A stretch of 64,000 bases of DNA from Klebsormidium nitens (lineage: Eukaryota > Plantae > Klebsormidiophyceae): positions 69,474 through 133,473 of the forward strand of contig DF237181.1 in NCBI GenBank assembly GCA_000708835.1. Direction: 5' to 3'. The notes beneath the pieces were generated by a model. It did no database searches. It saw nothing but the letters and a program-made list of their open reading frames with translations, and was not told the origin of the DNA. This document shows, one piece after another, positions 50,101-62,763 of this stretch; within the stretch, counting starts at the first letter, position 1; every line of letters begins with the position of its first letter. The position numbers were made by a program, and so were the translations under genes.

Positions 50101-53100
50101 GGTAGCAGAGTGCGAGAAGAGGTGAGGTGCTACAGCGGGCCCTGTCCTCAGTGCATATTTTCGGAGAAACGAATAGTTCTCTGGAAATTACGAAGGCTCA
50201 GGTTCTTTGAAGATCAGAACCTGCATCCGACTTCCTCCCAGATTACTCATAGTCGTCCGAGACGTCAATGGGTTCCGCTTCAAGTGGACCATGTCGTGGC
50301 CGGAATTTAATCGCACGGTCTACTGCTAAAACAACAAAGCCTTCGTAGAAGACAGTGACTTGCACGCTCTTCGTAGTTCACAGTGCCCATCCCTCCTGTT
50401 GGCAACCCCTGAGAGTTCTTAAGGAAATCTGATTCCTACGATCTTGGTAGTTCGCTGTGCCAATCGCTGTAATTCCACTCTCGTGCAGGAACCGGCTGAA
50501 GCTGCTGAGCCAGTTCCTGGAGCACCTGGTGAGCGAGGGCAGCCAGGACGTGCATGTGCACAACGCGCTGGGCAAGATCATCATCGACAGCAACAACAAC
50601 CCCGAGCACTTCCTCACCACCAACCCCTACTACGACTCCCTCGTCGTCGGCAAGTACTGCGAGAAGCGCGACCCCACGCTGGCCGTTGTCGCTTACAAGC
50701 GCGGCAAGTGCGACCTCGAGCTGGTCGCCGTCACCAACAAGAACTCGTTGTTCAAGCTCCAGGCCAGGTGGGCGACCATCCCGGAACACTGCGCTCATTG
50801 CTTCTTGGGGCTTCTTCGTCTTTGCACAGTCGTCCCTGAGATACAGTCCCCTGTCCTTCATTGGATACCGCACCTGTTCTCATTGTTCAATGTGCTTCAT
50901 GACGAAAGCGCGGTTCCAACGAAAGTTTGCTGCTTCAGTACCTGCGAACCCGCAGTTGTGAGCATCATGCTTCCTGTCGTAGCAGAACTCCCTTTGTGCG
51001 TTCCCTCTTCTCAAGCGGCTAGTTTGTGTCCACCCGGGTTTCCTCCTAGCTGTCGTGCCCAGAACTAACTACAACCAGACAGGGGGATGGGAGTAGAGGA
51101 TCTTACCTGCTTTCCTGTTGGCCAGGTACGTGGTGGAGCGCATGGAGCCGGAGCTGTGGGAGAAGGTGCTGACGCCCGAGAACCAGTTCCGGCGGCAGCT
51201 CATCGACCAGGTGGTGTCGACCGCGCTCCCCGAGAGCAAGAACCCGGAGCAGGTGTCGGTGACGGTGAAGGCGTTCATGACGGCGGACCTGCCGCACGAG
51301 CTGATCGAGCTGCTGGAGAAGATCGTGCTCCAGAACAGCGCCTTCAGCGGCAACCCCAACCTGCAGAACCTGCTCATCCTCACCGCCATCAAGGCCGACA
51401 AGTCGCGCGTCATGGACTACATCAACCGCCTTGACAACTTCGACGGTGAGCGGCGCGCACGAGCCAGGATTGGAAGCCTATGGGGAGCAAATCATGGGAG
51501 CGAGTAGAGAGGAAGAAAACAGACGGCCTGCACTCTCAAGTCTGCAATGGAGACAAGCCGTGTCTCGGTGGCTCTCCTTAAACTCTCTTCTGAACTGCAG
51601 ATTCTTCCTGTTGATTGGGATCGGAGGGATTTTAAAGTGTGTGGTTCGACAAGGTGCATAGTCAGGGCCTGTTATCCATGTCGCGCTGACGCTGACCGGG
51701 CCCTCCTTCTCAGGTCCCGCCGTGGGAGAGATCGCCGTTGGGTCGGAGCTGTACGAGGAGGCCTTCACCATCTACAAGAAGTTCAACCTCAACGTCAAGG
51801 CTGTGGACGTCCTGCTGGACAACATCGGCAGGTGCGTGCGTCCATGTTCTCCAGCGTCAGCTGCGCCAGGATCATTCGATCTTTCTCGACATAACTGGTC
51901 ATGTCGTTGCATTAGATGCAGCGAGTCTCTCTTTTTCATTGTCATTTTCCGTTCAAGGTCGACGATAGGCGATTCCCGCCGAAGTATAGTATCACCAGAG
52001 CGTATCCCTCACCAGGTGCACTGGTCAAAGCACTAACAAAAGCTGGGCCTTTGATCCTGTCAGCCCTTTTGGGGTTCTGGACTCTTCTAATTGTTCCTTG
52101 GTCGCTGCTTTGCTGCAGCATCGACCGCGCCCTCGAGTTTGCGAGCCGTGTTGAGGAGGACGACGTGTGGAGCCAGGTGGCCAAGGCGCAGCTGAAGCAG
52201 GGGCTCGTCAGCGACGCCATCGAGTCGTTCATCAAGGCCAACGACGCCACGCAGTTCCTGGACGTCATCAAGGCCGCCGAGAAGGCCAACGTGAGCCCTG
52301 CCATCTGATTTTTTGCCGTGTTCTTTGCCTGCTTGCTGGAACGAGCGAGCATGTTCTGGTCGTGTCCAACTTCTTTTTTGATTCAGACGTTTCTTGCGTT
52401 GAATAGAACTGCCTGACGATCGTCGTCGCCTTGGTTGCTGTGGATCGGTTGCCTTACTCAGCTCCGACTCAGTTGGCCCTTCGCTTGGGACGAAATCCTT
52501 CACCTGCGTCCTGTGTGGGGGTCATGCAGCTCAACTTGTCGGCAATCGCTGAAGTATGCTAAGCTTCAGCGCTGTCAGTTACTCGTCAGTATATTACCCA
52601 TCGCTCACGCTAGTTTCCGATGCGTGCAGGAGTTCGAGGAGCTGGTGAAGTACCTGCTGATGGTGCGCAAGAAGGTGAAGGAGCCCAAGGTGGACAGCGA
52701 GCTCATCTACGCCTACGCCAAGACGGGCCGGCTGGGCGAGATCGAGGAGTTCATCGCAACGCCCAACGCGGCCAACCTGCAGAACGTGGGCGACAAGTGC
52801 TTCGACGAGGCGCTCTACGAGGCCGCCAAGATCCTGTTCACGCACATCTCCAACTGGCAGCGCCTCGCGTCCACACTCATCAAGCTCAAGCAGTTCCAGG
52901 TGCGGCACAACCTTGGAAACGATCACAAGGCTTTCCGTTTTATCAATGGAGCTTGCGTTATTGCAACGAGCTTGCATGTCCAACGCTTAAGGCGTGCTTC
53001 TAGGGCTCTTCAAAGTCTGCAGTATCTGAGATGCCCGAGACATGGTTGGTGGCTGCTTGCCAGAACCAAGTCGAGCATCATGACCAGGGCTGCAGGAAGC

Positions 53101-56100
53101 TAGACAGAAGAAGGGGCGGTCGCTTCTTGTGCTCAAAGCGATTCCGAAGAGTTTCGGAGAATCGTCCCTTGCTAACTGAGGACTTTTCGTGAAACAGCAA
53201 GCTGTGGAGGCCGCCCGGAAGGCCAACAGCGCCCGGACATGGAAGGAGGTCTGCTTTGCGTGCGTGGATGCGGAAGAGTTCCGGTTGGCCCAGCTGGCCG
53301 GCCTCAACATCATCGTCCAGGTGAGGAACTCAGTGCAGCAGCAGAGCTATTATCAAGCATTCCTGTCAAGGAGCGGCTGACATGTGTACCGTTATGTTGT
53401 CGCGTAGATTGACCTGGCATCGGCTTTCATTGGCATGCGAGATTGTCAACTCCAAGCACCACCAGACATTCCCAGTCGTAAAGAAAGTGCTTGCCAAAGC
53501 TTTGCCCAGTGGTGACTGGGCTTCTCCTTCCCCTGTATTTAGGTATTTCAAAAAGTTTCAAAGAAACTTAAAGAATGTTGCGTCAAACTCGTAATCTCTC
53601 TTAGACACCCGACGAGCCCTTAAAAAGTTCAAACACTTGACCTGACCGGACCAGAATCCTCTTCTGACTTGCGTACTCTGTTTCCTGCGCCGCAGGTGGA
53701 CGACCTGGAGGAAGTGAGCGACTACTACCAGAACCGCGGCCACTTCGACCAGCTGATCGCGCTGATGGAGAGCGGGCTGGGCCTGGAGCGCGCGCACATG
53801 GGCATCTTCACCGAGCTGGGCGTGCTCTATGCGCGCTACCGCCCCGAGAAGCTGATGGAGCACCTCAAGCTCTTCTCGACGCGGCTCAACATCCCGAAGC
53901 TCATCCGCGTGTGCGACGAGCAGCAGCACTGGAAGGAGCTCACGTTCCTCTACATCACGTACGACGAGTACGACAACGCGGCGGGCGTCATCATGGCGCA
54001 CAGCCCCGACGCGTGGGAGCACATGCAGTTCAAGGACGTGATCGTGAAGGTGGCGAATCTGGAGGTGTACTACAAGGCGGTGCACTTCTACCTGCAAGAG
54101 CACCCCGACCTCATCAACGACCTTCTGCACGTCCTCGCGCCGCGCGTCGACCACTCGCGCACCGTCGACATCTTCCGCAAGGTGAGGGAACCTGTTATTG
54201 ACCCTGGTTTTTCTTAACAGCTGGCTTTTGCAGGCAGGCAGGCATGAGGCTTTTTAGGTGCTGAGCTTAGGAAAGGCAAAGGAAGATACTTTGGAAAGAG
54301 TGGCCGACCTTTGCCGAATTCGTGCGCAGGGCTTTCGTGAGAAGTGGTGAAGTCGCTTGTTGTGTACATATGAACAGGTCGCAATTCGAGAGCGAGTCAT
54401 TGCTGCAATTTCAAGGGGGCTGCGCTTCATCCACTTGGAAGGAGAGGCGTCAGATGCCCTTCCCAGGTGTGAACGATTCCGGATCTTGTAAGTAGGGGGA
54501 GACAACCTTCGAAACGGCTGAGTTCTGACGTACATTTCCTGACGTACATTTCCTGACGTACATTTTCTGCTCTGAATGCAGGCTGGCCACCTGCCGCTGG
54601 TGAAGCCGTACCTGGTGGAGGTCCAGAGCGCGAACGTGTCTGCTGTGAACGAGGCGCTCAACGAGCTGCTGGTGGAGGAGGAGGACTACGACCGCCTTCG
54701 CACCTCCATCGACATGTACGACAACTTCGACCAAGTCGGCCTCGCGCAAAAGGTGAGCCCGCAACAGACCGCCTCTACGTTCTTGAAGCCTGGCAACAGA
54801 GCCCAATGACCTCGTGTAAATTACTCGAACATGCAGGTTTGGGAAATCACTCTTTCGAGAGACAAATGACGGAGCAAAGTCGATTGTACTTGGCTCCCGT
54901 TCTCTTTGAAGCAAAGCTGCCAGCTTTTTGCTACCCAGAAGGTTTGGGCGGAGAGAGGCAACGGCTGCAAAGCAACAGCTCCATTCTCGGTTTGTGCCTG
55001 CTGACATCAATCAAATTGCTACTCCGTCCTTGGATGTCGTGTCTGGTTCCGGATTGAACAATCATCCCCTGACCCGCTCCTTGTCGGTGCGTTTTGCAGC
55101 TGGAGAAGCACGAGCTGCTGGAGATGCGGCGCATTTCGAGCTACATCTACAAGAAGGCGCAGCGGTGGCGCCAGTCGGTGGCGCTGTCCAAGAAGGACAA
55201 GCTGTACAAGGACGCCATGGAGACTGTCAGCCAGTCCGGGGACAGGCAGCTCGCGGAGGAGCTCCTCGTCTTCTTTGTGGAGGAGGTCAGGATCACCTCT
55301 TTGCTCTCGCTCGGCGGTCTTTTCGATATTACAAGAAGCATCAGAGAGTAAGAGTGGTAGATGCCGAACATAATTTGTAACAGATTCTTGGGGCTGATGG
55401 GGCAAAGTTGGTTGAACCTCTCTCAAATTTTTGCAGGCAGGCGTTTTCTGCAGACCGAGCTTCATCTCCCTTTGCCAAGCAACTCGTCGCTGGTTTGTTC
55501 TCCCCTTGCATGGACAAGCAAAGCTGATGAGCCACTGGTTCGGAGACTGACAGCAGCACTTGTCGCGTGCAGGACAAGAAGGAGTGCTTTGCCGCGTGCT
55601 TGTACCAGTGCTACGACCTCATCCGGGCGGATGTGGTCCTGGAGCACGCCTGGTTCAACGACATGATGGACTGCGCAGTCCCCTACCTCATACAGGTGCG
55701 CCGACGGCCACAGCTTCCGCGAACTGCCTTGCGAGCTGCCCTTGCTGTGTCGAACGATCCTATTTCCTGTGACAGTAAACGGAGTCATCTTTCAATCGCC
55801 TTATTTTGGACGTGCCAGGCCCATTTCTGCGAAGGCTTGATGATCACAAAGAGTTGGAAAGGCTTCTGAAATAGAGTGAGGCGTGATTCGATGAAATTTC
55901 AAAACGGTGCCCGTTCTTAACCATTCCGATCGTCTGCCTGTCGTGCAGTTTGTGCGCGAATACTCGAGCAAGGTGGACGAGCTTGTAAAGGACAAGGCGG
56001 AGGCTAACCTGGAGAAGCAGGCCAAGAACCACGAGGAGAAACAGGCTGTGGCGCAGGCGGTAAGTGCCCGAAGCCAATGCTGAGGCAAACTTAGAACGAC

Positions 56101-56429
56101 TTCTTGTTTGTGCGCCGCACAAAGATGGTGTGAGGCATGATGCAGCAGCTGACTTGAGGCTGTTGAGTCCAGGATACAATCAGGGATGCCATGTAATGCT
56201 TCTGCTGATTGCATCTTGACCGAATCCTGATCCTAAGGTTAATTGTCAAGCACTGCCAGGGTCTGCAAACTGCACTTTGCTGAGAAACTTCTGTCTTTGG
56301 TCGCAGAACCTCTATCAACAGCTGATGCCTTTGGCGCTGCCCGCCCCTCCTTCTGCTGGCCCGGGTTTCGCTGGACCTGACGGTGGTTACGGGGGGATGC
56401 CCGCGTATGGTATGCCGCCTCAATTCTAG
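44115..56429 (+). CDS. CHC: Clathrin heavy chain
   Basis: 27 canonical GT-AG exons: 44115-44159, 44332-44536, 44747-44835, 45057-45135, 45389-45516, 45836-45934, 46065-46173, 46411-46490, 46723-46950, 47112-47177, 47433-47549, 47805-48002, 48288-49051, 49381-49633, 49985-50121, 50489-50767, 51126-51445, 51714-51831, 52119-52290, 52630-52899, 53198-53320, 53696-54181, 54582-54752, 55100-55285, 55573-55695, 55949-56059, 56307-56429 (TAG). Hallmarks [46 protein letters not shown]. Confidence 0.98.
54525..54566. repeat. 14-bp tandem repeat x3 at a CHC intron branch-point region
   Basis: ctgacgtacatttc / ctgacgtacatttc / ctgacgtacatttt, ending 15 nt before the AG at 54581. Confidence 0.9.
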
Positions 56430-57128
56430 TTTTGCCGTAGTAGCATCGAATGTTCGTTAGGATTCGCATCGATACGAAAAGGAGTAGTAAAGCGGAGGTG
56501 ATCAGCTGGATGGGGGGTCCGTTCTGGCAGTTGGTGATGATGTTGTGATACGCTTCAAAGATCTTTCAATCCGGATCCAAACTTCTGTCGGACCAGCATA
56601 ACGTGATCGATTGTGTTTTGCGAGTTGTTGCGGCCTTTTTCTTAGCACACCATGAAGCGAGACACATTCATTTGTCCCTCATTGGCCTGCATTCTGCTCT
56701 TAAGGCTGGCATATAATAATGTTTGTCTGCTCTTAGTGCTCGCATGTATCATGATTTTATTACGCATGGTTGAATCAATTGAGCTCCGCGGCCGCATTGA
56801 AATTCTTGTTGATGCAGATGAAAGTCACAGTACGCAAACAGACCATATGCATCATTTCACTGGCCCGCATCCTTCACTTAACTTGTCAAGACAATCTGCC
56901 ATGCTTGGTATATAGTCACCCATCGAAATTCTTCAGCATATGCATAGCCTGAGCTTCTGGCTATTGGCGACGCCGGGTGTACAATTACAAGGCGCATGCG
57001 CCAAGCTTTGTCGCTGCAGCGTCGAGGCCACCTGCGTCCTGCCTTAACCGTACCTGGCACAGTCTGCCGTTATGAGGCTTCTGCACGTATACTAGTTAAG
57101 CCGCATGATTCTTGTTCGGACGCTCTTC

Positions 57129-57150
57129 AATGAATGATGCATCATTCATT
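57129..57150. repeat. Perfect 22-bp palindrome
   Basis: aatgaatgatgcatcattcatt is its own reverse complement. Confidence 0.9.
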
Positions 57151-58937
57151 CACCAATGTAGCTTATCATGAATTGATTGGAGCCGATCGATCAGACATTC
57201 ACGAACAAGTAGCTAGCTGGATCCACAGGCTGCACTGCATCACTGATTCTCAGTGAGCCTGTGAGAGCGTCAGTCACTACGCATGTCCTGTAGCTCCTAG
57301 CTAGGCTTGCATGCCGGTGCAGGTATACTCAGCTACAGTGAGTTTAAATGTAAAACCGTTTAACTGTACAGTGTGGTATGTTACAGCTTACGTCTACAAC
57401 CTGTCCAACTGCCGGACATCACATCGACGGTGCATCTGGCGAGTCTCAGCAACCTTCCAATTTATCGAGGGCTGACGTGGAACGGGAATTCGGCCGAAAG
57501 GTCCGGTCGCCCCCTCGCCGGATCTCGACTCAGTGCCGGTGGTCCTCGAGACAGACTGGCTTCCCTGTACTAGATTGGACGGACAGCGTATCCCATGCAC
57601 CCCATGCAGGCCCCAGGCTCCACTACGTTAAGGAATACTGTCGTGTTACGAGTACGGTATCTACAAAGATAAGATTCGTTCTAGTATTTCACAAACGCGG
57701 GTTAATATGACAAGTGAACAACCCATACAGTCGCCCCAAAACGCTCTTGAAAGGCTAGAAAATCCAACTTAATCTATCAGCACCGCTAATATGTAGTAGG
57801 TAGTGCTGGCTTCAACTCCCCTTCAACTGATGCAGGATTGTCATGCTGACTGTGTCGTGTGCCGTTCAAATTGAACCTTCTGTCATGAATTTCTAGTGTG
57901 TCATTGTCTTTCCGAAGAGCCGTGTTAGGAGTGATCGAACGGGCCCCAATGCAGACCAGATGCTTCGGCCGAGCCTGAGAACTGCTAGGGAAAAAGCCAA
58001 GGGTCACGACCTTCGAGGTATAGAAGTATGAAACAGGCTGGCAGGGCCCTGGCAAACCGTCTCAGCAGGTCCACGTTGGTGCTTGTTTGGCTTTGTGACG
58101 TTGGCATCAGGCCGGGAGGAGTCTGATACGACGTCATCATGAAAGGAATTGCTGTGGGAATGTTTGCCACCGCGCCGTCACCACCAGCAAGCAATGTGAA
58201 GCGGCGTTATACGCAGCCTCCAAAGCGGCCTGAAAGAAGGTGGGTCGCACATCCAAGAGCTCAATCTGCTCTTATAGCTACCACCCTCAAACAATTCCTG
58301 ACAGTGCTTGTCTTTCATTTCCGTCAAATCCGCCTCAATCACGCTCCGCCTGCAGGAGCTTTTGCGAAATATATGTTGACCCTTTGGCGACTGAGTTGTC
58401 ATGCGCAAAGCTCGAAGACTAAAAAGTCGATGGCAAAAGATACCTCGAGGGCGGCAAAGGTGCCTCAGCACGAGTGGCCGGGAAGTTTGCAAGTTTCTCC
58501 TGAGAGTGGCGTTCAGCGTGGGCGAACTCTATCAGTATAGCCGCAGATTGAGCTGAGGAGCTGGCTTGAAGCTGTCAGTCTGCCGTAGGCAACTTCTTCA
58601 AAAGCTTGAAAGCCTCGTTGGCAGGGCACGACTATTTTGCGGGCTGGTATAGTGATCGTGCGCAAGTCACCGAATCTTGGCCAACCTGAAGCAGGCAGCT
58701 CAATAGAGGTTGGAGTCGTCTAGCTCAACTTTATACGACTCTCTTTCCCGTTCCTGCCCGAGCTCGACACAGCAGGCAACAAAAAGACACTGTGCTGGAT
58801 TGGGACCGTGGTAATAGTACTTTTATAGCCGGGTTAGTTTCCAATGGGCAGTGCGATCATGCATCATTAATGTTCATGCACTCTCACCGCTTTTAGGGCC
58901 TGTCCCTGACACGCCAAGTTTTTCTCTCCTGTTACAG

Positions 58938-60252
58938 GATCCCCGCAGAGTGTTTCGACGCCCCTTCGACCAGAGCCGTTACTGACGAAGACGGAACGGT
59001 CTCCGTTCAGTTCGTTCCGGAGTCTGGGCGCTGCTCGTTGGGCGCTTTCCGACCCCTTTCTGCACCACCCCAGTCAAGTGGACTGAGTTCCAGATGTCCA
59101 GTGCCACCAGAGGATCTTTGTAAGGTCGACAGCAAAGGGGTGCAGCGATTGGAGCCTTGGCAAGAGCATCAGAATCGAATTGCTCAATTGAAAGCATCAA
59201 TGGGAAAGAGTAAGGCTGTGTTTCCTCCGCCGAAGTATTGCTCTTCTCAGCCTGGCAAACATGCTGTTTCCGGGCTTCCATTTGAGAGTACGGTGAACCG
59301 GAAACGGAGGCAGGAAGAGAAGCGGATAGCGAAAGAGAATTTGAAGCTCGCGGCAGCTATGGAGGATATCTACAAGATGGGGCCGCGGTCTTCGCTGCGC
59401 AAAAAGTTTGATAAGACGGGCATCGCTCGACCGACGGGGATTGCGTATGTCGACTGCCGTCCTATGTGGAAGCAGCGCACGAAGCTCTTTCTGGGCGACA
59501 GAGACGTCGATACGAGCAGTCAAAGACCCCTTCCTGGTCGCCCTAAATCAAAGACAACGGTAGAGAAGAGCAGCAGCATGCCACAAAAGAACGGAAAGAT
59601 CGGTCCGCTTCAAGATTTGCCAACTGATGATATTCGGAATACGGAGGAAACAGGGGATGCTTCTGGCCCACAGGAAAGCGGTGATTTCGTCAAAGGGTCG
59701 GCTTTCCGCGCCGCGGGGTTTTCTGACATCCGTGTCATCATATCAGCTTCCGACTCAAGAGGAGCTTCAACAGATGCGCGCAAAGGCGTTTCTGGCTCGC
59801 AAAACAAGGAACGACCGTCAAGCGCGCCTCCTGCGCGCCTTGCAGTTGTCAAAACGGTCCTAACCCAGGGGGCTCAGGAGCAAACCTGCACTTGGGGGGC
59901 TAACCTAACCGTCCCTGCAACGATCCCCAAAACCGTCGGCGTGCGGGCCTGCGCGGGGTGCGGCTTCAAGAGCTTTTCAGGGGCGGACGGGCGGGTGCTC
60001 CAAACGTGCGCGAGATGCCGCGCAGTTTTGTACTGCTCGCTCGCGTGCGCGCTCGTGGACCGGGTCTCGCACCGGGCGGTTTGTGCCCAGGTGACGCAGG
60101 GGAGGTGGCAACCGTTCCGCCCGGTGGAGCAGAACTGGGTGGTAAGCGGAAGCATGGCCCGGGAACGGGCGGCGCTGAAGCGGGCCCTTGCGAAGGAGAG
60201 GAAGAGGGCGGAGAGGAAGAAGTCAGGCGGAGGTAATAGGGAAGTACAGTAG
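58938..60252 (+). CDS. CFAP97/Hemingway(KIAA1430)-like domain + C-terminal MYND zinc finger protein (5' exon unresolved)
   Basis: 404-codon ORF (59038-60252) whose frame is open back to the acceptor gttacag|G at 58937. MYND-type CAGC..CARCRAVLYCSLACALVDRVSHRAVC. The N-terminal WQEHQNRIAQLKASM..PPP..NRKRRQEEKRIAKENLKLAAAMEDI resembles the Hemingway/CFAP97 consensus (recognised by eye). Confidence 0.7.
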
Positions 60253-61277
60253 GGAATCATTTGCGAATGGTTGGGGAGTGCAGTAGTGATGGGCGCCAAG
60301 CAAAACGCGGGAAGCTCTCTGAAGCATCCGTGGGTTCTTCATCTTGGCAGCGGCTGTGCACCATGCCGATCAAGGAAACATCAATTTGTAGGGCATCCGA
60401 GAAGGTAATAAGCATACCTTTGGGTCTCCTCGAAGTTTCCTGCGCGGCAGTTCATGCAGGCGACGATCAGTAGCTTGCGTGTATCCGGGTTTGTAGATTA
60501 TCTAGTACCCGTTCAGCTTTCTCAAGTCGACTTCGCCGGTATAGCGGACTTGGCTGTAAAAAGAAGTCAGCAAGAACGTTTCGAGAGTTGGAAATTTAGG
60601 GGGCGTAGTAGAGGCTTCGTGGTAAAAGAGCACGGCACAGGTCGCACGAAGCACTGACGTTCTCAACTCAGACAGTCATACACATGCTCCTCGTTGGGAA
60701 AATCGTCATTCATAGTAACAAAAAGGAAGCGTACGTTTCGAAAATTTGGCTGTCGTTGATCTACAACGCTTTTACTACGTTCTACATTCGAAATGCAGCG
60801 GCTTTTAGAATCTGATATCCGCTGAGATAAGATTCGACAATTATTGGTAAGTTGACGACAGCCTCATGTCCACATGTCCACACTAGTCTAGAATCACAAT
60901 CTCATGCTGCGGCGGATCGCACAGAATCTCGAGATCAAGAAGTGTGGGAATGATTGCACCTTGACCTTCTCAAAAATGAATAAGACAAACACAGTCAATC
61001 GTCCTTATCTCGTTCTGCGCATTTTTTGAACTCTTAATGATGATCCGCGCCGACTACATATGATTAACCTTGGAATCACGAATGCCATGATCTGCAAAGG
61101 CTTACATCCATTACGACGTGTTCTGATGCATAAAGGAGTCACACAAATTGATGAAATTATCTTGCGCTGCATACTGTTCCCTTATCCAGACAAGCAAGTC
61201 ACCAAGCGTAATCAAGGCTGTCCATGTATTGGTTCTTATAAGCAGACTATTGCTTCTAAAATCTTCTCGTTTTCAGA

Positions 61278-62690
61278 CTATAAGACTAACTCGTACGAAA
61301 GTCGAATGTCAACTTCTGGAATTTTTTTGAAGTCCTTGCGAAAGATTGCAAGGCTACCTGGCTCGTCAAAATCGTAAATATCGTACATTGACAGCTTCAA
61401 CTTCTGTAAGCCAGGCATTGCGTCGCATATCGTCCGGATCTGCAAGTACGACTCGAGTTTGCAGACGGAATGAATCTCTAATTGCATCAAATCTGAGAGC
61501 GTGTGACGGCCATGCTCGGGTTCTGACAGGCGCAGCCCAACAAGGACGCCACCATCTACGCTCAACTTTCTGATCTTTGGAGGCAGCTGCGCCAGAAATC
61601 TACCAATTGGCAGGTCTTCCGTCAATTCTTCCGAAGACTTCAGGGTCAGGGACTTGATAGAATGACTCTGGAGGAGGACGGGTGCCACAATCTCTTTCCA
61701 ATCGTTTTCTCCGATTTCCACTATGCTCAGGTGATCCAGGCGAGTACATGGCTAAGTGAAAGATAGTGGACGCTGCGAGTCTCCTATCGTGAGTGTCAAG
61801 CTTCGCAACGAAAGAGTGTTCAGCCTGATCACGTTGCAACAGATGACCAGGTCAAGAAGTCTGGGTGCTTGTAAGTCCAGAAACATGAAGCTGTTGTTCG
61901 TCCCGCACAGGTCTAAGGACGTCAACGTTTCAGAGTTGATGATGAACTTGGTGTCTTCAATTGACTTCCCAGATTCGGCAGGATCGTCGTACCCTTCCGC
62001 AACAGCCTTTAGAGTGTCAAGCTGTGTGCACCTTTGCAGCAGATTCTGGAGAGCTTGGACGGCTATGATTGCTTTGGACAGGTCGATGCATTTCAGTGAC
62101 GAGCTGGGTGCCTTCCAGCTCAGCATTCTCACAGAAACCGTACCGTATGGGAGTGAAGATACGCTAAAGTATCTCATTCTCAATCCCATCAGACTTTCCA
62201 TGATGTTCCTGCTTGGTTCTGGATGAGACAAAGTATAGTTGCATTCTCGGAAAGACCCTCCTGATCTTCTGTTCTCTTCCGATTCAGAATCTCTGTCCCT
62301 TGTCTGATCCAGGAAGTAGATGCCGACCTTTTCAGGTATCCGCTTAAGCAGTGGGCTTGAGAAGATGAGATGATGCGCAACCTCGTTATGGAACTCCGCT
62401 GTAATCAGCAGATTGAGTCTATCAACAGAGAATTGGGGATGGTGGATGAAGGCTGCAAGTCCAAGCGCCTCGTCTTCGCTCCTCAAAGGCCATTCCAAGC
62501 TTTTGACCTGATGAGCTAGCTTCTGAAAGCGCTTGCAAACTAGTTGTGCGCGGACCAGATTCAGTGCAGCCTCCACGCGCTTCTCAGGCAACCTCTTGTC
62601 TGCATCTTTCCTGCAGGCGCCCACCGATTCAAGTACAGATATAACCACTTCGTCAGGTAGCAGCTCAAACAGAGATAAAGAAGGAGCCAT
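61278..62690 (-). pseudogene. Intronless F-box/LRR gene interrupted by one in-frame TAG
   Basis: ATG at 62690 (MAPSLSLFELLPDEVVISVLESV..LVRAQLVCKRFQKLA, F-box-like), followed by LxxLxL repeats. TAG at 61752-54 is followed in the same frame by PCTRLDHLSIVEIGEN..., open to 61278. Confidence 0.65.
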
Positions 62691-62730
62691 AATGATGGCA
62701 AGGGCTTGGCTTTGCTTCTTCTTGTCGACC

Positions 62731-62763
62731 CAACGTCCAATCAACGTCCAATCAACGTCCAAT
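62731..62763. repeat. 11-bp tandem repeat x3 upstream of the F-box ATG
   Basis: caacgtccaat x3. Confidence 0.9.

Noticed and set aside
47775-54154. Long antisense ORFs over CHC (e.g. 47775-48404, 49223-49744, 53558-54154) and over the amylase and NERD1 exons
   Set aside because: These are shadows of high-GC3 sense exons, which lack stops on the opposite strand. They show no independent motifs.
22393-62763. Short tandem repeats (22, 14 and 11 bp) as CRISPR-like arrays
   Set aside because: They are adjacent copies without spacers, in a eukaryotic genome with no cas genes.
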